This document shows, one piece after another, positions 1 through 12,216 of a DNA stretch of 60,993 nt. Below the pieces are notes generated by a model. It saw only the letters and a program-made list of their open reading frames with translations. It made no database searches and was not told the DNA's origin. Each line of letters begins with the position of its first letter. Position 1 is the first letter of the stretch. The position numbers and the translations under genes are program-made. Source of the stretch: Macrostomum lignano (Eukaryota); contig NIVC01004088.1 in assembly GCA_002269645.1 (NCBI GenBank), forward strand, positions 1-60,993. The letters run 5' to 3'.

Positions 1-3000
1 CGAATTCGATCGCTCTGGCAAAGGCTCTGAAGAGCGCCGTCACTGTTGGCTACAATAAATTGAATTCCTGCCAGTTGTCGGACTACAGATTCAGTTCTGT
101 CTTTGCGGAATTCATAGCTGTCGATAAACTGCAGCAGAGCCTCCGATTTCTCACATACCTTATCTGTGATACCACTGGCTCCCTCCACTTGCAGCACACT
201 GGCGAAGCTGATGGCGATTGCGGCCGTGCATTCCATGATCAGACCGGAAAATTTCATCAGCGTTCTCCATCGCTCTTCGTTGTACGGCGCGGCAAGAAGC
301 ATTGTGGCTGAAGAAACTTTTTGAAAATTTCAACATTTCCATCATAAAACGTGTTGACGCTCCGCCATTGTCCGTCAAACGGAACGAGTTTGGCTGCCCT
401 GAGAGACTGACTGAGCATCAGAAACATGCCAGGGTTCTCCACTTGAATTCTTTCAAATTTCCAGCTCAGCTTGAGAAGTTTTTCGAGATGCTTTTTTCGA
501 GTGATGTCGGTAAAATTTGAAAAGACTGGCAGGATAAACCTCGCATAAACCTCAAGCTCTGCCATCTCGTCGCATTGAAGCTTTGCGTACAGCATCGTGA
601 GAGACCGGTTTGCCTTCAAGAAGACGGCCCGGCTGGAGCTCTTCCACTCGTCCATCTCGTCGGCCACGAGCGATGCCGGCAAGATGCAGGCCTGCTCAGA
701 CTTGAGCGCGCAGCAGCGACCGTCAGAAGTGACAAACACCGGTAATTGACGCACTCTGACAAGGAGGTTCTGCTCTCCCATTCTCTTACTTAGCTCTCCC
801 CAGTTGCTCTGAATGTACACCAAAAAGCTCACAGCCTGCTTCTCAGTGGTCGCAGATCTCTCAGCGTTCTCATTTAGAGCGAACTCCATCACTCTTAGCA
901 TGGAATCGGGCTGTCTGACGTTGCCACACAGACTCCCGACCAGCTTCAAGCCCATCATGCTGAGCGAGGGAGCGTTAAGTTGCTGCAGAGACTCCTCGAC
1001 TGCTTTGCTGCAGTCATCGAGACGGAATTTTATTGGCTCAAAAATGCAGGGCGCCAGTGAGAGGCTTGCAAAGCGCGACTTACTAACAGGAATCAGGTGT
1101 GCGCTGCTCAGTCCGGCAGAGGATAAATTTTGCATTGGTGCATCCTCCTCAGTGCATTGGCTGTCCAGAAACTCCCACACTTGATTCAACCATTGTTGGA
1201 GAAACCCGGCTTCCATTCCGAACTCTGAATTTGGTAAGAAGGCAGTGTCAGTCCTGCAGATTGCGGCGTGCTCCCTGTGCAGAAGAGTGCGAAAATCCAT
1301 CAGCTGAAAATCTTGGCACAACTTTCTCCGGATCAAATAGTTTTGCGTCTTCGGATCGACCTGGGACAAAACTTTCTTGTGCACAAACTCGTGCTTTGCT
1401 TCACTGTGCGAAAACAAGTCATGGAATTGAGTGAGAAATAGAGGCGTCGATCCATGACCAAACTCAGAGAGTCGGTTTCCGGCTCCTAAATTCAGGGGCA
1501 CTCCGATGAGATGCTGCACCTGCTCTTGCAGTTCATCAAGCAGATATGCGAGCAGGCTTACAACGGCGTCAGGGGTTTGAAATGATGTCGCCCTCACATC
1601 ACTCGGCAACGAATCTCGAAGTTGCTTGCAGGCTGGACCTCTGAGAAATGCGCAAATGGACACAGCATCAGCTACCGGGGTGAACTCCAGCTGGCTCCAC
1701 TCAAGCGACTGACGAAGGCCGACATGATCCGGGACCATAATGGGAAATCGCAGTTTACTCAGAACGTTCTGAAGATACGCGGTCAAATTGTGCGGAGTCA
1801 GGAATGCCGCACAACCACTGGCGTCACCTGAGCTCTGTGCTAGCGGCAGCCACTTCAGCTGCTTTTCAATTACAGAGTGCACAGGGAAGATTGCCCATCG
1901 AAATCGAAAGGCGTTTTGGAAGACAAGCTTTGCAAGCTGGCCCCACAGCGTCTGATTGCTTGCGTGGTACTCTGGAAGAAGGCTGTAGAAGTGGTGTACT
2001 CTCTGCACATTCGGATAAACTGCTTTTGCTGTTTCGAGTAGACTGCCGTAGCAGTCAGGCAGAAGCTGAGTGGCCAGCACTTGGTTCCATTGCTCCTTGA
2101 CATCTACAGCTCCATCCGCTTTCCACAGAGATCTGCGCGATGGGTCCAGAATGAAGTGACCGTTCACGTGTACAGGAAGTGCAGTCGTCACAGGCAATGG
2201 CAGCAGACAGTAGACGTGACCTTCTATGTTGCCTGTTTCGGGAGCGGCGACTCCGGTCTTTGGCAGAAGACGCCACTTTCCGGAGGCCACTTGCTGCTGC
2301 AGCTGTGCGGGCATGTTGTCCAGTCGACCTCCAAGTTTTTGAAAAACGAGCCATCTTTGCTTGAAATTGGTGCCAGTCCCACTCACCGTGAGTTCGTAGG
2401 TGACCGAGCTGACTGGAATGCGGCTTAACTGAGCTCCCGTGCTCCGCAGATGCTGACTGGCAGTTTCGCACGCCTCCTTGAAGTCATCGAAGCACCCTGA
2501 TACATTTTCAACTTCCAACTTGGCGGCAAAAACTGTTGTAAGCTTGTTGTCTGCCGATACTTCAGAGAGTTGCACTTCACGAATATTCAAGAGAAACAAG
2601 GCAGTTCGCCCAAGTTCATTCTTGAATTCGTCGAATAGGTGCTTGATGTCATCGGCACTGACCAATCTTTCGCATATTCTAGATTCTTTAGCTGAGCTCA
2701 CCGTTCTCAGCGGCAGTCGAAACACGGTTCCTCCGTTTGAGGCAAGCTCTCTAGAAAGTATCCAGCAAATACGTCACGAAAAGTATCTTTCAACACTCGA
2801 CGTTCTTGTACATACCCCTGGAGAAGCCAAAGTAGCACCAGGCATGTACCTGCAGTGCGGATCCATCACGCAGAAAATCTTTCCATCAGGACAGAAACGA
2901 CGGCGCATCCGTGATGTTGTACACACAATTGAACCCGATGCCGTACTGTCCAGCTTTCCATGCGTCGTCTCGCTTGGACCCGAGACCGAGGTTCTGGATG

Positions 3001-6000
3001 CCTTCGATGTCCGCATCGGAGAATGTCGAGTCGTTGTAGACGAGTAGCGCGGGTCCCTGCAGCTCCTTCCAGCTGTCACTCAGCACTCGCTCGGTCCCGT
3101 GATGCCGACGATCGATGATGAAGCTGATCTTTGATGCCCCAGCATCATCAGCGTTTGAATGAGTTCCTTGAAGAGCTCGATCCCAAGCGGGTATCCGGAA
3201 ATGATGTTCTGTAATCTGGTTGTGAGGTCCTCGTGTTGGCCGAAAGGCAGAGGCTGCATCGCTTGAGCCAGCATGCTTTCTCTCTGGCTTGGAATTCCAA
3301 GCTTCTGGCACAGCCCGAAGGAGATGTTTTCGTGGCAGAAGAAAGTCTCATTTGGTAGTTGCACGGACTTCATCCAAGGCAGGTTGTTAAAGCACAGCTG
3401 TGTGCAGGATCTCAGAATGCAGCTATGGTCGGGTGCGAGCAAGTTTTCAGTCGCCAAGGCTTCATCCTGACAGCGGCCGATCTGATCGAGTATTTTAAGG
3501 CTCAAATCTAGATCGCCAGGTGCTAGTGGTGCCGAGGAGTAACGCTGAGAAAGAAGTTTAAGCACACCTGCATAGTGCGATGCTGTGAACTTTTGATTGA
3601 CTCCGGCTGCCTTAAAAAAGCTGTCGCACTGGATGCCGCTTAGTTCGGAAGGCAAAACATGAAGAAATGGCTCGAATCCCGCATCAGATCTCGACAGACT
3701 TACTTGAGCAGGCCTTATGAATCCTTTCGGGGACCAAATAATATTCGGAGTCTGTTTCACCATGCTAAGGACGCTATTCCCATTGAGATAACCGGAAGAG
3801 ATTTGGGCACTGAGGTGTCGATAGACGTACCGGCTCACTCCCAGAGTTTCTTCATTGCCAGCTCGGGTGCCGGCCAGAGCTTCCAGCTGCTGCCAGGCCA
3901 CCTCATTGGCGACGTAACTCACGTTCAGAACTCCGATTTGAGCCAAAAGATCGCGTCTCCTTGATGAGGCAACATCACGCAGTACCGTCTCGTCCAAAAT
4001 AAGCTGCGATGCGGATGCAAGATCTTTGCAGCTGGCATCAAACAGCTGACTAGGCTGGAAAATTTGCGTTTTTGGATACTGATCAGCTCGCCAGACAAGG
4101 CAACTGTTGTTGGGCCTCTTCAAAGCAGGTAGAAACGCCACGTTTCTCAGCTGACCAATCGGTTGGTTTGGAAACCGAGAACGGAACGAATCCAAGTACG
4201 AAAGCAGCAACACCGTGCGCTCGGTTCTCTGAGGCTCGGAGAGCGCAGCAACTGACTGAGCGCGACTCAGCAACTCGGCCCAACTGAGATCCGCGCGGAG
4301 CCCGACTGTGCGGAGCGCTCTCAGCCGATCCGGTGTCTGCAGGTCACTGTTAGGAAACACGCTTGCGTTAATTTCGAATAGCCTTGCAGCCTGACAGCTG
4401 GAGTCCAGAAGCTGTAGAGGCTGACACAGGGCGTTTCCGACGTTAGGAATGCAGTAGGAGAGCTTTAACGAATTCAAAACCTTTTGAGTTACAATTCTAG
4501 AAGGGGAGCTCCAGTCTGCATTGCCACCTCCACTGATGACATCCAGCATGAATTTCAGCGCTCTAAAGCAGTCATCAGAGTAGCCGACTGCCACAGGCGA
4601 GACATGTTCGGCACCAAATTAAGCAGCAGTGTCTCGCCCGACCACTGACGCTGCAGAATCTTGTTCGTCAGTCCCAGCTGCTCCACAGTTCGTCGAACTC
4701 CATCGGTCAACGATGCACACCTTCGTGCTGACCCACGAGTCTCGTGGCGAGTCGACTCAAACAATCTGAAATCCCACCCAGTGACAGGATGCTGGGATCC
4801 AGAAACACTGTGTGTCCCAAACTCTTCCAGCCGGCTGATGTGTGAAAGATTGACGCCTGACCGTCAAGCAGGCAAGCGTAGAACTTCTCAATAAGAGGCC
4901 TCCACACAGACTGAGTAGCTCTGTCGAATCGAGGCCACAGCTCTTGCGAAATCTCTGCATTCACCAAAGACATTCCACTTAGAATCTTCAGAGCGTCGAT
5001 GTAGGCAGGACAAATGACTTCTGTGAGCAGCACTCGGTTCCACTCGCCGAGACTCCACACGCCCTGCTTCTCGTCGACTGTGACCTCGTTGAGGTGCCGT
5101 CGGCTCGAGGTGACGGAGAAGCTCGCATTCAGCATCACAGGAAATGGATTTTCTACAGGCAGCGGTAGGAAACAGAACAGCAGCGAGGCCGGCCGTGTGT
5201 CACGGGACAGCGGCACGATCCTGCGAGACTGCTCGATGGGCAGCGCCACGGCTCCCACAGGCGCCAGTCCGAGACGACGCTGCTCCAACGCGACAGCGAG
5301 CGACTGCCAGTGCCGACAGCAGCGCACACGAGCCACACTCCGGTGGAGGCGGCTGTGCTGATCTGGAACTGGTCTTGAGCGGAGTCTCCAAGCTGAACTT
5401 CCACCTCGACAGTCGCTTGACAGCGATGCTCTTGATTTTGTCCTGGGCCTCTTTTAGTAGCAGATACGATCAGAGCTTCGGCTACCTTGAGAATGGAGCT
5501 CTGAGCAGCGAACTCTTGATCCGCCTTTGACATTCCTGCTATTGGCAGCGGTGGCAGTGCGATGGCATGTTGCTGGAAATACTTGAGAGGCCTTTTGTGA
5601 GCGAAGAACGCGAGTTGAGTTTGCTTTGAAGGATCGGTCGCATTGGACGGCAGGAACAGACATCGGAATGTTCGCACTGTCTGGGTGAACAGGAGCATAG
5701 CGTCGGCTTGCTCTGCAGCGAGTCTCAGCAAGCCGCGGATCTCCGAGTCAGAGTACACGCGATCGCAGATCTTCGACTTCGCTGCCTGAGCCTCAGTGCG
5801 CAGCGGCAGACGCAGCAGCGACCCCGCAAAGTGGCCTCCAGTCGCTCGCAGATTGCAGCCTAAGACCCCAGCGAACGGTGCAAACTGGTTGGCGTACCGA
5901 TCCTGCAGACTCGGCTGTGCTTGAAAGTCGAGCTCAACTCCAGTGTCCCTGTCCCCGTGACTCGCGTACACCGCCTCCAAGTAGCCCTCGCCCCTGCGCT

Positions 6001-6433
6001 CACCGTGCGGGTCGAGGATCAGCATGCGGTGTCGACTGAGGATCTGCGGCACGTCAGTCAGGTTGTACACTGAGTTGAAGCCCAGACCGAAGCGACCGAC
6101 CTTGGCCGTCTTCTCCAGCTTGGTGGCTCCGCTCAGCTGCAGGATGTTGTCGAAGTCCTCATCGCTGAAGGTGGCGTTGTTGAAGGCCCACAGCGCCCGT
6201 CCCTGACAGTCGGCCATCGCCGGATCGAGCAGCGACTCGGAGCCGCGCCAGTCGGAGTTCTCGCGACAGTCGTAGAGCAGCGTGACCTCGGTGGCTCCCG
6301 CGTCGTCAGCATTCTGCAGCAACTCCTTGGGCACCGCGAGACCGTCGGAGTACTCGTCGAGCAGTCGCTTGAGTCGCCGGGTGAGCGGTTCGGACTGGCC
6401 GCGGAGACGCAGACCATCAGAAGCCTGAGCCAT
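1..6433 (-). pseudogene. Sacsin-like gene with two SRR (HSP90-like ATPase) repeats, broken by several frameshifts; runs off the window start
   Basis: ORF 5153-6433 has KELLQNADDAGA...FNNATFSDEDF...KVGRFGLGFNSVYNLTD. A second repeat at about 2780-3250 has ELIQ/NADDAGA...YNDSTFSDADIEGIQNLGLGSK...GQYGIGFNCVYNITD, followed by MFRLPLRT and LPLPVTTALPVHVNGHF, typical sacsin SRR motifs. Coding continuity needs frame changes near about 5250, 4750, 4580, 3150, 2880, 2750 and 260. No introns are evident. Confidence 0.85.
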
Positions 6434-6589
6434 CGCAGAGGCCTACCTGAAGTATTTGAACGAAATATGTTCAACACGATCGCGAATGTATACAAGTATT
6501 GCAACTATTGGGAATATTTCGGAATTTATGGGAATTGCTCAGTAGCCGCACAGTAAATCACAGCTTTCAATATAAAACTTGGTATGAAT

Positions 6590-6950
6590 ACTTCACACAG
6601 AGTCGACACACGCCTCACACACCAGAGACACAGCCTCACACAGCAGAGAGACAGCCTCATATAGCAGAGACACAGCCTCACACAGCAGAGGCACAGCCTC
6701 ACTAACACACACACACACACACGCACACACCTTCACATAAAGTAGACACACATCTTAAACAGCAGAGACACACACCTCGCACAGAGTAGACACACACCTC
6801 GCACAGAGTAGACACACACCTCACACAGAGTAGACACACACCTGACACAGCAGACACACACACCTCGCACAGAGTAGACACACACCTCACACAGCAGACA
6901 CACACACCTCACAAAGAGTAGACACACATCTTAAACAGCAGAGACACACA
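6590..6950. repeat. CA-rich degenerate minisatellite (cacacagcagagacacagcct / cacacagagtagacacacacct)
   Basis: Imperfect tandem units of about 21-25 bp are directly visible. Confidence 0.85.
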
Positions 6951-7639
6951 CTTATAATTTATTAAGTATGTAGACTCCAAGCGTCTAGCAAACTATTTTT
7001 TACCATTATTTTGTAATATACCCCATAACTAGCTTTGTAGTTCGCAAATTTTCAAATTAAAAATGACAGTTCTTTACCTTTTCGAAGGGAATTAGTTGGT
7101 GATTTTAGTATATGGTAGATATATATTGTACGGAAGGATCAAGTTATTGTTTCTTGGGTGGTCAGATACGCACACTTAGTTATTGAACAGACAGGGGTTC
7201 ATAGATATATATCATTATTTATATATACTGTATAATTGCTGTTCTTCACGGGCGGTGCTATTTCCAGGAAATCTAGCCCCTATTTGACAGATATGCATGC
7301 GAGCCTATGAATTTCAGCATATTATTGTACGCATATCGTGCACGTATTTGTTGGAAATAATTCTTTATCTAATTAAAGGTACATTTATGTTAAGTACGCT
7401 TGTACCGTGTCGTTGGGCTAACTTACTGCGGTTTAACTCTAGGACCCACCCAAACTTTATCTACATAAAATTTGAAAGAGAGGCTGCTCAGAGTCGGACA
7501 GCTGAGAATAGGTACGAAATATAGAAGCCAGACAGTGGGGTATGGCAGAGAGGGTACAGTAAAGAGGCAGAGGGGGATAAGGGTGAGGGGAAGGAAAGAG
7601 GGAGAGAGGGAAGTCCTCAGACCCCAAAACACTGACACG

Positions 7640-9480
7640 GTAAGCGCAGATGTTAAATGAAATGCCGGTATTTGGAATATTGTATTCTTCCTCAGGGCTA
7701 TTATGAACGCAAATATTTTTAAGCGAGGTGTTCTCGGATATAAAAATGAGAAGTGAGTGGTCGATGGGTGAGTGGCGAGCGCGCAATTTAAAATAAAAAC
7801 GTACGCAGATCGTATGTTCCAGCATACATCCAAATGAGTCGTAGACACTAAAATATCAAATGTAGCGAACCACATGCGTAGGTCACTGTGACCTTTAAAA
7901 ATGAGATGAGATAAAAGCAGATAGAGACGAGGGACTGCCGGGTTGTTGAGCACCTTAGATCTCTCACTGATGCCGTATGGGACGTTGGGTCTTCATGACG
8001 TCGATCAGCTGAGCATCCCGACGTTAAAACTGCTCGCCCCGTCCTGAGTTCCGTACTGTCGCGTGTCCATACGCCGGTGAAGGCAAAATTCGCGACACTA
8101 TGATTATCACCGGTGAAGTGTCAGACCACAGGTGTATCGCTGATGAGAGCCAGCACACGTGCCCAGATTCTGTTAGCCATCTCTTTGACGTAAAGCTGTG
8201 CGGTCACGGGGTTGCGGTTGATTCTCTGCCTGATGAAAATCTGAACTGTCGTGGCAGCCGATCTCGGACAGACTGAGGTGAATCTCGAGTGCGCACGGCA
8301 GTTTCTGCAGAGTCGGCTCGGGTTGCAGGGCAGGAAGCCGAACTCCGACCTCTCCCATCGTCGGAAAAAAGCCCAGCTCCGTCAGCACCTCGTACTTGCT
8401 GTAGCCCTGATGCTGTAACAGATTAGACATCAATTCGGAGCAGGCAACGTCGAAGCCAGACATTCTTGAGCAGCGCCGGGCGTTTCTGACGAGCTGGGAC
8501 TTAAAAACCTTTGAAAATCCGCTTAGAGTGGAACGAGCCGCGGTGGATGACTGCTCTCGGCTGTCAGTGGGCTTGAAGAACACCCTGGTGCCGAGCTTCT
8601 TGGTGTCTCCTGCCCGGTCCAAAAAATCCACCACAGTGTTGCTGTAGCTCAGTTGCAGCCTGATGTTGGGGTCAAGGCCCTCAAGTAGTTGGTGGAAGAG
8701 GATGAGTTCGTCCTCCGTTTCCTGCCAGTCGCCGAAGATATCGTCGATGTACTGGAGCCACAGGGTGGGTTTCGTTGTACTGGCCGTCTCCGCTCCCAGT
8801 ATCTCATGCAAATGTTACTGCAGCTGGGCCCTTGACCTGCATGAAGAACTGGCCGTCGAACTTAAAGTCGTTGCACTCCAAGTTCAACTTGAGCAGCGCG
8901 AGAAGGCTATCGTCAGGGCGCTGTACGATGCCCGGGTGCTCCCTCAATGCCCTCCGCACACAGCCGATTCCGGCGTCAGTCAGGATGTTCTTGTACAGTC
9001 TGGCGACATCCATGGTGAACAGGAAAGTCTTCTCTGAGGCTGTATGAAACTTTCAATGAAGCGACTCGCTGTCCACATCCGACACAATGGGTCGACTTGT
9101 AGGGATGCCATTGAGCGGCCACTATTTGACGGTCGTGTGTATTTTCAGCAGAACGTAAAAGCACAGAGTTCGAAACTCTTCGAAGCGACTGGAAGACGGC
9201 GCGGATCCACCGGGCCGTGAAGCGGTTTATTCGCGCTCATAGGCCGGTGGAAGAGCGGGTCGTCCAGCATTCGCGCACGTAGTCCTGCTGGTCCAGGATA
9301 ACCAGCTGATGGCCCTTGTCGGTCAGCTTGATGACGATTGACTTGTCCTCTCGCAGGTCTCGTAGTGCTCTTACATGTACCTCGGTCTTGTTAATGTTTG
9401 GAGTGCTCCTACGGTCTTGGGCGCCCTCTTTGATAGCCTCCAGCTTGCGTCTCAAGATTTCAGATGAAGTGATCGGTGCC
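7640..9480 (-). mobile_element. Degenerate Penelope-like retroelement (RT + C-terminal GIY-YIG endonuclease), 5'-truncated
   Basis: Fragments in order on the minus strand: SIVIKLTDKGHQLVILD (9237-9455), MDVARLYKNI...NDFKFDGQFFMQVKG (8804-9013), WLQYIDDIF...VDFLD...FFKPTDSR (8173-8811), then a decayed GIY-YIG (QLYVKEM...SDTPVV*HF...HS) at about 7960-8200. Many frameshifts. Confidence 0.85.
7664..7698 (-). ncRNA. Degenerate minimal type I hammerhead ribozyme-like motif at the PLE 3' end
   Basis: Minus strand reads GCC CTGAGGA A GAATA caa TATTC CAAA tacc GGC. It has the CUGANGA box, helix II and a 3-bp helix I, but GAAA is mutated to CAAA and there is no clear UH site. Confidence 0.45.
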
Positions 9481-9616
9481 GGCTAGTGAACGGTCGAGCA
9501 GGGTGGGCCCCTCATCAACAGATGGATAGAAGGTAGGTGGAGAGAGAAGGAGGTTAGAGAGGTAGAGGGAGTGAATCCGGGTAGTGGGGGATAGAGAGAG
9601 GGATGGTAGAGAGGGA

Positions 9617-10654
9617 TCTCCGCCATTGTGGCGATTTACCGTGATACGACAGCTGCTGTGACAACACCGGACGGCCTATCGGACTCCTTTGAGACATCCT
9701 CCGGAGTGCTTCAGGGAGATACGCTGGCGCCGTTCCTGTTCGTCCTGGTGCTTGACTGGGTGCTGCGGACTGCTCTTCCTACCGACGACGACGGTTTTCT
9801 GCTGCGGCGACGCGTAGGTCGAAGTCAACCGGAGAAGCGGCTCAGCGTGCTTGGCTACGCCGACGACCTCGCCCTGCTGTCCTCGACCGTCGAGGGCGCC
9901 CAACGGCAGCTGGACAGGCTAGTTGCCGTTGCGGCGAGTGTCGGCCTGGTGGTCAACACGCAGAAGACCGTTGTGCTCTGCGTGCCGGACGACATCGAGG
10001 CTGCAATATTCTGCCGAGGCGCTGACGAACAGGCGACCGAACTCCCGCGATGTCAGCAGTTCGTCTACCTCGGTGGTCTGGTTCCAGACGCTCGCGAGGA
10101 CCTGCGACGCCGCCGCGGGCTTGCCTGGGCTGCCTTTCGTTCTGTGAGGGCAGTCCTGCAGTCCGAGGCCCTACCGGACCGCCAGAGGGCGGCGCTGTTC
10201 CAGGCGGTAATCGAGACCGTCCTGCTGTACAACGCCGAGACCTGGACGCTGACGGACTCACTCGAACAGCAAGTCGATGCGGCGCACGCTGGCCTGCTGC
10301 GCGCCGCCTTCAACATCGGCGTCGAGCGAGTCACCAACGCGGCACTCTATCGCCGCGCTGGCCTGCCACGTCCAAGTGATCTACTGCGCCGTCGGCGACT
10401 CCAGCTCGCAGGCCATCTCATCCGCGCCGAGTCGTACTGCCCACAGCCGGTGCAGGAGGTGCTGCTGCTCACGCTGCAGGCACCCTACCGGCGAGGTCAA
10501 GCGCGAACTCGGCGTAATGTCGACTGTCTGCTGGCTGACGCCGGCGCCCCGGACACTGCCGGTGGCGCGGCCTTTGTTCACGCCCAAGCCATGAAGCGCG
10601 CCCTGTGACGCTGACTTTTGCCATATTGACAGCGTCTTTTGTTGTTGTTGTTGT
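9617..10654 (+). mobile_element. 5'-truncated non-LTR retrotransposon (RTE-like RT C-terminal part) with 3' hairpin, (TTG)n tail and TSD
   Basis: Uninterrupted ORF 9628-10608 with SGVLQGDTLAPFLF, GYADDLALL, GLVVNTQKT, FVYLG and LLYNAETWTL. 3' UTR stem GACGCTG...CAGCGTC, then a TTG tail. TAGAGAGGGA is duplicated at 9607-9616 and 10655-10664. Confidence 0.9.
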
Positions 10655-11204
10655 TAGAGAGGGAGAGGAGAAGGAAGTTAGAGGGGAGAAGAGAAGGTGA
10701 GGCAGAGAAAGGAAGGTTTGAGGGATCGATAGGAGAAAGAAAATGAAAGGCCATCTGCCTGTCCTCCTGGCTACGGGCTCCGCTAGTGGCATTCAGTGGA
10801 GACCATCAGCCAGCAGGATGGCCAGCAGTCTGATGAGAAACAATAAAGAATCTGATGCAGTTTCACCCCCGGTCCACCGGGCTGCATGACTCCCCAAAGG
10901 CGGCAGGTGATCAGCTCAAATGCATCATCTTCTTTTCAACGCAAATGGATGGCGGGAAATAACGGCCCCCGCTCACCCAATTAGCTGCTCTTTTTGCGTC
11001 AGCATTGAGCTTAATTAATGAGTTCTTTCGAGTTGTTTATGTCTGTCTAGCAAATCGTCACAGCTATTAATTTTTACTTAATATGGATTTTCTGTTGGAT
11101 AGGTCGTAATTATTAGTGTAGGCGTGTTGAGGAATGTTGAGGATGTTTTGGAACAGTGGATATTGGATACGAAAATGATGGAACTAAAATATACGGACTG
11201 AGAT

Positions 11205-11845
11205 ACCCAATGTAAGGGTTAAGATACCCAAAGAAGGATTGGATACCCATGATAATAATTGAAATACAAATGATAAGGATTTGATACCCATGATAATAAT
11301 TGGATACCAATGATAAGGATTTGATACCCATGATAATAATTGAGATACCAATGATAAGGAGTGAGATACCCAAGATAAGGATTGAGATACCCAAGATTAA
11401 GGATTGATATTACCCAAGACAATTATTGCGATACCCTAGATGAGGAATGAGATACCCTAGATAAGGAGTGAGATACACTAGATGAGGATTGAGATACCCT
11501 AGATGAGGATTGAGATACCATAGATAAGGAGTGAGATACCCTACATGAGGAATGAGATACCATGGATAAGGATTGAGATACCCTAGATGAGGAATGAGAT
11601 ACCCTATCGGTAGATTAGGAATGAGATATCAAAGATTAGGATTGAGATACCCAAGATAAGGAGTGAGATACCCTAGATGAGGATTGAGATACCCTAGATG
11701 AGGAATGAGATACCAAAGATAAAGAGTGAGATACCCTACATGAGGAATGAGATACCATGGATAAGGATTGAGATACCCTAGATGAGGATTGAGATACCCT
11801 AGGTTAGGAATGAGATACCCAAGATAATAATTGAGATACCAAATC
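11205..11845. repeat. About 21-bp minisatellite (gataccctagatgaggattga and variants)
   Basis: Tandem copies are directly visible. Confidence 0.9.
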
Positions 11846-12216
11846 GGTACGTTGGTTTAACCAATGTGATTACCAAGAGTGACGAAATTCTACCCTCGCT
11901 CGCTTTGCTGCAGAGGACAAACTACAGTTTTAAACTAAAAGCGCTTAAAACACCTTTGCTTTCTATACTGATCTTCACATTCCAGCCCATCGCCATCACA
12001 GCCGCTGAGCCAAATTGAAATGCACATCATGTGACCCCTCAGTGGCCCAGCTTCACAGTTTATAACGTTGATTAAATCTTCTCTAAATAGTTCGTCCTTG
12101 TTTCTATCTAGGCTTGACTTCAATATTAAACTGGCTTCACGTGATTTTGCTGGCTTCCATCTGCAAGCTTTAGAGAGAGCGCGACAGTTCTGCTAAAACC
12201 TTTAAAAGTTTTGAAA

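Noticed and set aside
10829-10890. CTGATGAGAAAC and the adjacent ATGCAG/CTGCAT stem with a CCCGG hairpin as a hammerhead
   Set aside because: The two core boxes abut with no helix II, and no helix I/III closure was found.
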